From a virus: a stretch of 64,000 bases of DNA. The notes under the pieces were generated by a model. It saw only the letters and a list, made by a program, of their open reading frames with translations, was not told the DNA's origin and made no database searches. Position numbers and translations under genes: made by a program. The stretch lies in IMG/VR virus record IMGVR_UViG_3300042691_021691, positions 28,846 to 92,845 of that record. One strand, given 5' to 3'. This document shows, in pieces, positions 58,450-64,000 of this stretch (position 1 is its first letter; each line of letters starts with the position of its first letter).

Positions 58450-61400
58450 ATGGCAAATGAATTTATAGCCAGAAAAGGGCTTATAGTTTCTGGCAGTACA
58501 AATATTTCTGGATCGGTAACTGCATCATATTTCGTTGGTGATGGTAGTCAATTAACAAATCTCCCAACGCCAGGTGCACAAGCATTTAATATTGATACGG
58601 TAGAATTTGCAGCAAATGGTGTTGCATCTACATTTGATATCACGCAATCATATGATATCAATTCATTAATAGTATCCGTGGATGGCTTAACATTTAATCC
58701 CACGGAAGATTACACAATCTCCGGAAGTAATTTACAATTCACAAGTCCTCCCCCATCAGAATCCATAATTTTAGTTAGAGCTTTTGTTAACGCAACGCAA
58801 GGTGTAACTGGATCTTTTAGTGGATCATTTTTTGGTACTTTCTCGAATAGCGTAACATCAAGTTATTCAGAGGTAGCAGAATCTGTATTGGGTGGAGAAG
58901 AAAATTATATTCCCTTATGGAACACTAGCTCTTCATTATCATCTAGTTTATTATATCAATCAGGATCTAGTATACTCTTAGGAGCGACTACTCAACACAC
59001 TCCAGAGGCACCAGATAGATTTGGTGTGTTTGCAGGGGTAACCGATTCATATAATCTTATCTCTGCACATGGTGAAATAGATGATTATCTCCAGGTAAAT
59101 CTAAAAAATTTTAGTAGTGGTGCAAATGCATCAACGGATTTGGTTGCCACGGCAGATGTTGGAGATGAAACCAGTGGATATATTAATCTGGGTATAAATT
59201 CCAGCTTATATAACATCCCAGGATCTGTAGGAAACGCATTAGATGGATATTTGTATGTTACGGGAAGTGATCTTCTCATCGGTAACGTAACTCCAAATAA
59301 AAAAGTTATCATCTTTGCAGGTGGAGAAAATGCGTCCGACAATGCGCGTGTATATATCGACGGTGGTGGTACAGTTGGTGTTAATACAACTAGTATTACT
59401 ACAGGTGATCCTGAGTCATTATATGTCGGTGCATTAAATACATCATCTATCAACTTAATTACCGCAGTTAGTAATGTAGACAACTATAGTCAATTTAATT
59501 TAACAAATCAAAATGCTGGTGCAGAAGCATCCGCTGACCTTGTTGCTACGGCAGATAATGGAACAGAAACTGCCAATTTTATCAATTTTGGTATCAACAG
59601 CAGTAATTATGCCGTAACAAATTCTATAGGCGGTCCAAATGACGCATATTTGTATTCTACTGGGCGAATGTTGCATATTGGAAATGCAACTCCAGGCGAA
59701 CATCTTATGTTTTTTGCGGGTGGTGATGATGCGGAGGCAAATAATAAATTAACATTAGATCCGTTTAATAATCATGAAATGACAGGATCATTGATTATAA
59801 GCGGTGCATTAACCGTATTAAATGCCATCACCGGATCGTTATATGGTACCGCCAGTTATGCTCTAACTCCTGCTGGACCAACGGGACCACAGGGAATAAC
59901 AGGTCCAACAGGCCCTCAAGGTGTAGCCGGAATACAAGGTGCAACAGGACTTGCAGGAGTAACTGGACCTACAGGTATGCAAGGTGCAACTGGTATACAA
60001 GGCATAACAGGTGCAACAGGCATTCAAGGAGTCGCTGGTGCAACGGGTATTCAAGGCACCACAGGTCCAACAGGCCCTCAAGGTATTGACGGAGCCACAG
60101 GTCCAATTGGTATAACAGGACCAACAGGGGTAACAGGCCCCCAAGGGTTGACGGGAGCAACAGGACTTGCAGGAGTTACCGGATCCACAGGACCACAAGG
60201 ACCAACAGGACTACAAGGAGTTACAGGTCCAATCGGAGCAACGGGTATCCAAGGTGTGACCGGATCCACGGGAATTCAAGGAACAACAGGTCCCACTGGA
60301 CCTATTGGTTTAACAGGTCCTACAGGATTACAAGGCACAACGGGACCAACTGGTATACAGGGAAATACAGGAGCAACAGGTCCACAGGGAACTACAGGAA
60401 ACACAGGCGCAACGGGAGTTCAAGGAACAACCGGACCCACTGGTATTCAGGGTAATACAGGTGCTACTGGACCACAAGGAATCACAGGACCAACAGGTGT
60501 AACAGGTCCTACGGGTATACAAGGTAACACAGGGTCTACTGGTCCTGAAGGCGCAACCGGACCTCAGGGAATAACGGGATCTACAGGACCCCAAGGAACT
60601 ACTGGACCCACAGGAGTAATTGGACCTGATGGAGCTACAGGTCCAACTGGTATTCAGGGCTTGACAGGAACTACCGGACCCACAGGACCACAAGGTAGCG
60701 TAGGAACAACTGGACCAACGGGAGTTCAAGGAACAACAGGACCAACAGGACCCCAAGGAACTACGGGACCCCAAGGAACTACAGGTGCAACCGGACCTAC
60801 TGGTATCACAGGAACTACCGGACCCACAGGTATTCAAGGATTAACCGGTACAACAGGTCCAACTGGATTACAAGGAATAACCGGACCTACTGGATTACAA
60901 GGAACCACAGGACCTCAAGGAACAACAGGTCCCACAGGTATACAAGGGGATACCGGTCCCACAGGCCCAATTGGTATTACCGGACCCACAGGCGTTCAAG
61001 GAACCACAGGACCCCAAGGAACTACCGGACCTACAGGATTACAAGGAACAACTGGACCGCAGGGCACAACTGGACCAACGGGAATCCAAGGAACAACAGG
61101 TCCCACTGGTATACAGGGAATCACCGGTCCTACAGGCATTCAGGGAACAACTGGACCAACTGGATTACAAGGCACTACTGGACCTACCGGAGCTATTGGT
61201 GTAACAGGACCAACTGGAGTTCAAGGTGACACAGGCCCAACTGGCATACAAGGAACTACAGGACCTACTGGATTACAAGGCATCACTGGTCCCACAGGCG
61301 TTCAGGGAACAACAGGTCCTACAGGCATTCAGGGAACAACTGGACCAACTGGTGTACAAGGAACTACAGGACCAACGGGCATTCAAGGAACAACAGGACC

Positions 61401-64000
61401 AACAGGACCTCAAGGCACCACAGGCCCTACCGGACCTATTGGAGTAACAGGTCCTACAGGTATTCAGGGTATTACAGGTCCAACAGGCCCACAAGGAACT
61501 ACAGGTCCTACTGGATTACAAGGAACAACAGGACCAACAGGACCAATTGGTATTACAGGTCCAACGGGCATTCAAGGAACAACAGGACCAACAGGACCAG
61601 AAGGAACAACAGGACCAACAGGTCCAATTGGTATAACTGGACCTACTGGACCTCAAGGAACCACCGGTCCAACAGGTCCCATCGGTATTACAGGCCCAAC
61701 AGGCATTCAGGGAACTACAGGTCCTACAGGTCCTCAAGGGACAACGGGACCAACAGGAATTCAAGGTGCCACAGGTCCAGAAGGACCAAATATTCCTGGA
61801 TTAGTGTCCGCGTCATCGCAAATATCATATACTGGAATATCGGATATACCTGCAAATATAGTTTCTTCATCCGCACAAGTAATACAATTTCTCCCAACCG
61901 GAACTGTCAGTAGTTCTCTGCAAATTAATACTGGATCGTTTAGTGGATCATTTATTGGCACGGCAAGTTTTGCGAATAATGCTACATCTGCATCATTTGC
62001 ACCGCCAACATTTATAGATAACTTGGTAACCGTAGGACTTCCTGGAAGCGACACAAATTATACCTCTGTAAAAACTGCAGTAGATAGTATTACGGATGCT
62101 ACCGCAACAAACACTTATACTGTGCGTGTGTATCCAGGTGTCTATGTTGAAGATACAATTACATTAAAACCATATATTGCAATTAAAGGTGATTCATCAA
62201 CATCTACAATTGTTTCTGCATCAAATCCAAGTTCTAGTATCTTTATCATGGCTGACCAAACAATGGTCATTGATATGGGAATACAAGGGTCTACTGCACC
62301 AAACGTTTCGGCTATTGTATACTCATCACCAACTACACCACAAACAAATGCAATTGCATATGTAGAAAATGTTCGCTTTGGAACAAACTATACTAATGCA
62401 AAAGTAATTGGTAGTGGAAGTAGTGGTAATTGTATCTTACAATGTTCCAACGTTAAGTATGGTGGATTTACATCAGGAAGTAAATCGTTTGATGTAGGGT
62501 TTCACGTTACATCAGGTTCTTCAGGTGGTATCGGTCGTATGCAATTACGTAACGTTACCTCTACGAATGGTGGTGTTGCAGGAACGGATGACGATCAAAT
62601 CTTCGCCCTAGCCGATGCACCGGGATGTACCTTCATTGTCAACGGATGTCTCTTAACGAGAGCAACGGGAACTGCTCGTGGAACAGGATTTAAAGTATAT
62701 AACGGTGGACAACTCCGATTAACTGGTGTCAACTTCCAACGTTGGATTCGTGGTATTTGGGCACCACAAACGGGATCCGCACCAAGTATTGATGCTATTG
62801 CCTTAAACTTTGAAAATTGCACCACGGACGTACAAATAGATCACACTGGTTCTCTTGGAAAAGTACAAGGTACCGACAACTTCTTAAAGACGCAAATTGC
62901 ATTAAACGCACCATTATATGAAGTCGGACAAGACCCGCGAAAAATTTCCGTTGCGAAGAAGGGTGGAGACTTCTCATCTATCAGTGCATCGGTTGCGTGG
63001 ATTACGGATGCTGCGGAAAACAACCGATATATAATTGAAGTCGGTCCTGGTCAATATACCGAAAATATGATTGACCTTACTGGTAAACCATACGTCAGTA
63101 TCGTTGGCAGTAACATTCAAACTACTGAAATTTTCCCAAGTCAATCAAATCATCCCATCATTAAGATGGGTATTAATAACGAAATATCATTTTTAACATT
63201 AAGAAACGCCGGTTCCAATCAAGCAGCAATTTATGTAGATGATGTTGGTGACTTTGCCCAAGTACACAAAATATCCATCTACGACTCGGATATCGGTGTG
63301 TATGTTAACGCAAGTACTACGGATACGCAGTTCTATGGCGAATATATTGATATCAATGGTACATTTAGTTACGGTACGTTTGTTTCCTCTTCCAACGGGG
63401 CAACCGCACAATGTAACTTAGAAAATTATTACCTCTTCCCATCAGCGAGTGCTGCAATTGGAAATTACGCAGTTGGACCAAGTTCCAGTTTAAGTTTATA
63501 TACGACAAAATTCCAAGGTGATGGAACTGCAGGGTCTACGGCAATTAAATTGGAAAAGGGGTCTGAATTAGAATCTACAGGTCTTGACATTCAATTTCCT
63601 GATTATGGTATCGTAGTTCCTGCTGGTGGTGATGGTCCAAACTTTAGAGTCGTCGGCGCGATGATTCATAATTCGGTCACTTATGATTTTGATATTCAAA
63701 ATTCAACCACTCGCGGACGATATCAAGGCGTCTCTGACCACTCAAAAATTAATAATAATAGTCAAGATTTCTATTGGAATTTCTTGGATGACACGGATGG
63801 TGAAAATGACGTAACTCGTAAACTCTCCGTTACCTTTGCCGATGGTACCCACACTGACGCAACAACCCTTATCTTTAAGGGGTCACCGATGGGTGTCATG
63901 CAAGGTGGAACCATTACTACAGGCAGTGGTTTTGGTATTACTGCGGCAAGTGGATTCGGATACTTACAAGATACCATAGATACAGATGTATACAAGAGAT
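58450..64000 (+). CDS. very long tail fibre/adhesin with collagen-like and beta-helix-like domains; 3'-truncated by the window and absent from the ORF track
   Basis: ATG 58450 after AAGGGG starts [13 protein letters not shown]; the same frame reads [13 protein letters not shown] at the window end and no stop was seen (about 1850 codons in view). Confidence 0.9.
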   Translation, partial: MANEFIARKGLIVSGSTNISGSVTASYFVGDGSQLTNLPTPGAQAFNIDTVEFAANGVASTFDITQSYDINSLIVSVDGLTFNPTEDYTISGSNLQFTSPPPSESIILVRAFVNATQGVTGSFSGSFFGTFSNSVTSSYSEVAESVLGGEENYIPLWNTSSSLSSSLLYQSGSSILLGATTQHTPEAPDRFGVFAGVTDSYNLISAHGEIDDYLQVNLKNFSSGANASTDLVATADVGDETSGYINLGINSSLYNIPGSVGNALDGYLYVTGSDLLIGNVTPNKKVIIFAGGENASDNARVYIDGGGTVGVNTTSITTGDPESLYVGALNTSSINLITAVSNVDNYSQFNLTNQNAGAEASADLVATADNGTETANFINFGINSSNYAVTNSIGGPNDAYLYSTGRMLHIGNATPGEHLMFFAGGDDAEANNKLTLDPFNNHEMTGSLIISGALTVLNAITGSLYGTASYALTPAGPTGPQGITGPTGPQGVAGIQGATGLAGVTGPTGMQGATGIQGITGATGIQGVAGATGIQGTTGPTGPQGIDGATGPIGITGPTGVTGPQGLTGATGLAGVTGSTGPQGPTGLQGVTGPIGATGIQGVTGSTGIQGTTGPTGPIGLTGPTGLQGTTGPTGIQGNTGATGPQGTTGNTGATGVQGTTGPTGIQGNTGATGPQGITGPTGVTGPTGIQGNTGSTGPEGATGPQGITGSTGPQGTTGPTGVIGPDGATGPTGIQGLTGTTGPTGPQGSVGTTGPTGVQGTTGPTGPQGTTGPQGTTGATGPTGITGTTGPTGIQGLTGTTGPTGLQGITGPTGLQGTTGPQGTTGPTGIQGDTGPTGPIGITGPTGVQGTTGPQGTTGPTGLQGTTGPQGTTGPTGIQGTTGPTGIQGITGPTGIQGTTGPTGLQGTTGPTGAIGVTGPTGVQGDTGPTGIQGTTGPTGLQGITGPTGVQGTTGPTGIQGTTGPTGVQGTTGPTGIQGTTGPTGPQGTTGPTGPIGVTGPTGIQGITGPTGPQGTTGPTGLQGTTGPTGPIGITGPTGIQGTTGPTGPEGTTGPTGPIGITGPTGPQGTTGPTGPIGITGPTGIQGTTGPTGPQGTTGPTGIQGATGPEGPNIPGLVSASSQISYTGISDIPANIVSSSAQVIQFLPTGTVSSSLQINTGSFSGSFIGTASFANNATSASFAPPTFIDNLVTVGLPGSDTNYTSVKTAVDSITDATATNTYTVRVYPGVYVEDTITLKPYIAIKGDSSTSTIVSASNPSSSIFIMADQTMVIDMGIQGSTAPNVSAIVYSSPTTPQTNAIAYVENVRFGTNYTNAKVIGSGSSGNCILQCSNVKYGGFTSGSKSFDVGFHVTSGSSGGIGRMQLRNVTSTNGGVAGTDDDQIFALADAPGCTFIVNGCLLTRATGTARGTGFKVYNGGQLRLTGVNFQRWIRGIWAPQTGSAPSIDAIALNFENCTTDVQIDHTGSLGKVQGTDNFLKTQIALNAPLYEVGQDPRKISVAKKGGDFSSISASVAWITDAAENNRYIIEVGPGQYTENMIDLTGKPYVSIVGSNIQTTEIFPSQSNHPIIKMGINNEISFLTLRNAGSNQAAIYVDDVGDFAQVHKISIYDSDIGVYVNASTTDTQFYGEYIDINGTFSYGTFVSSSNGATAQCNLENYYLFPSASAAIGNYAVGPSSSLSLYTTKFQGDGTAGSTAIKLEKGSELESTGLDIQFPDYGIVVPAGGDGPNFRVVGAMIHNSVTYDFDIQNSTTRGRYQGVSDHSKINNNSQDFYWNFLDDTDGENDVTRKLSVTFADGTHTDATTLIFKGSPMGVMQGGTITTGSGFGITAASGFGYLQDTIDTDVYKR
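59875..61791 (+). repeat. collagen-like (Gly-X-Y) repeat, about 213 triplets
   Basis: First and last Gly are in 9-nt register over 1917 nt; [12 protein letters not shown] triplets. Confidence 0.9.

Noticed and set aside
1422-63421. Short alternative-frame + strand ORFs (1422, 3075, 18653, 32307, 39015, 40133, 47822, 52647, 60971, 61226, 62177, 63239)
   Set aside because: Nested in or overlapping better-supported genes, with no SD or recognisable product
777-63995. All minus-strand ORFs in the track
   Set aside because: They overlap longer + strand genes, show no recognisable motifs and are typical antisense shadows, especially over the collagen repeats
1-64000. Stop-codon reassignment (alternative genetic code)
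   Set aside because: Core genes are full length in code 11, and TAG and TGA both end conserved genes (terminase, protease, gp6-like)
1-64000. tRNA genes
   Set aside because: No cloverleaf or T-loop GTTCGA pattern was seen in the short intergenic gaps

Overview
The window is a 64-kb, AT-rich segment of a large T4-like myophage genome. Every credible gene lies on the + strand and the code is standard (TAA, TAG and TGA all end genes). Order: accessory block (HD hydrolase, Hsp20, membrane protein, UV-damage endonuclease, GT2 glycosyltransferase, GMP reductase/IMPDH-family enzyme, signal-peptide lysozyme-like protein); gp55-like late sigma factor; baseplate module (gp5-like hub with CHAP, gp25, gp6, Cys-repeat proteins); a replication/recombination insert (resolvase, primase, fused Mre11-Rad50); a collagen-containing virion protein; terminase; a cluster of probable head-internal proteins; portal; prohead protease; ribosomal protein bS21; scaffold; major capsid; neck; sheath; tube; tail fibres. 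The last fibre gene (58450 to beyond the window end) is missing from the supplied ORF track. Family cues suggest an FCB-group host, but this is not established. The most striking non-coding signal is at 1192-1360: a 19-codon ORF whose stop codon runs into a 13-nt perfect complement of the 16S rRNA 3' end, held in a hairpin loop and followed by a terminator-like hairpin. Together with a phage bS21 and SD-led structural genes, it suggests a phage system that senses or manipulates anti-Shine-Dalgarno availability. All calls come from reading motifs by eye; no database searches or folding programs were run.
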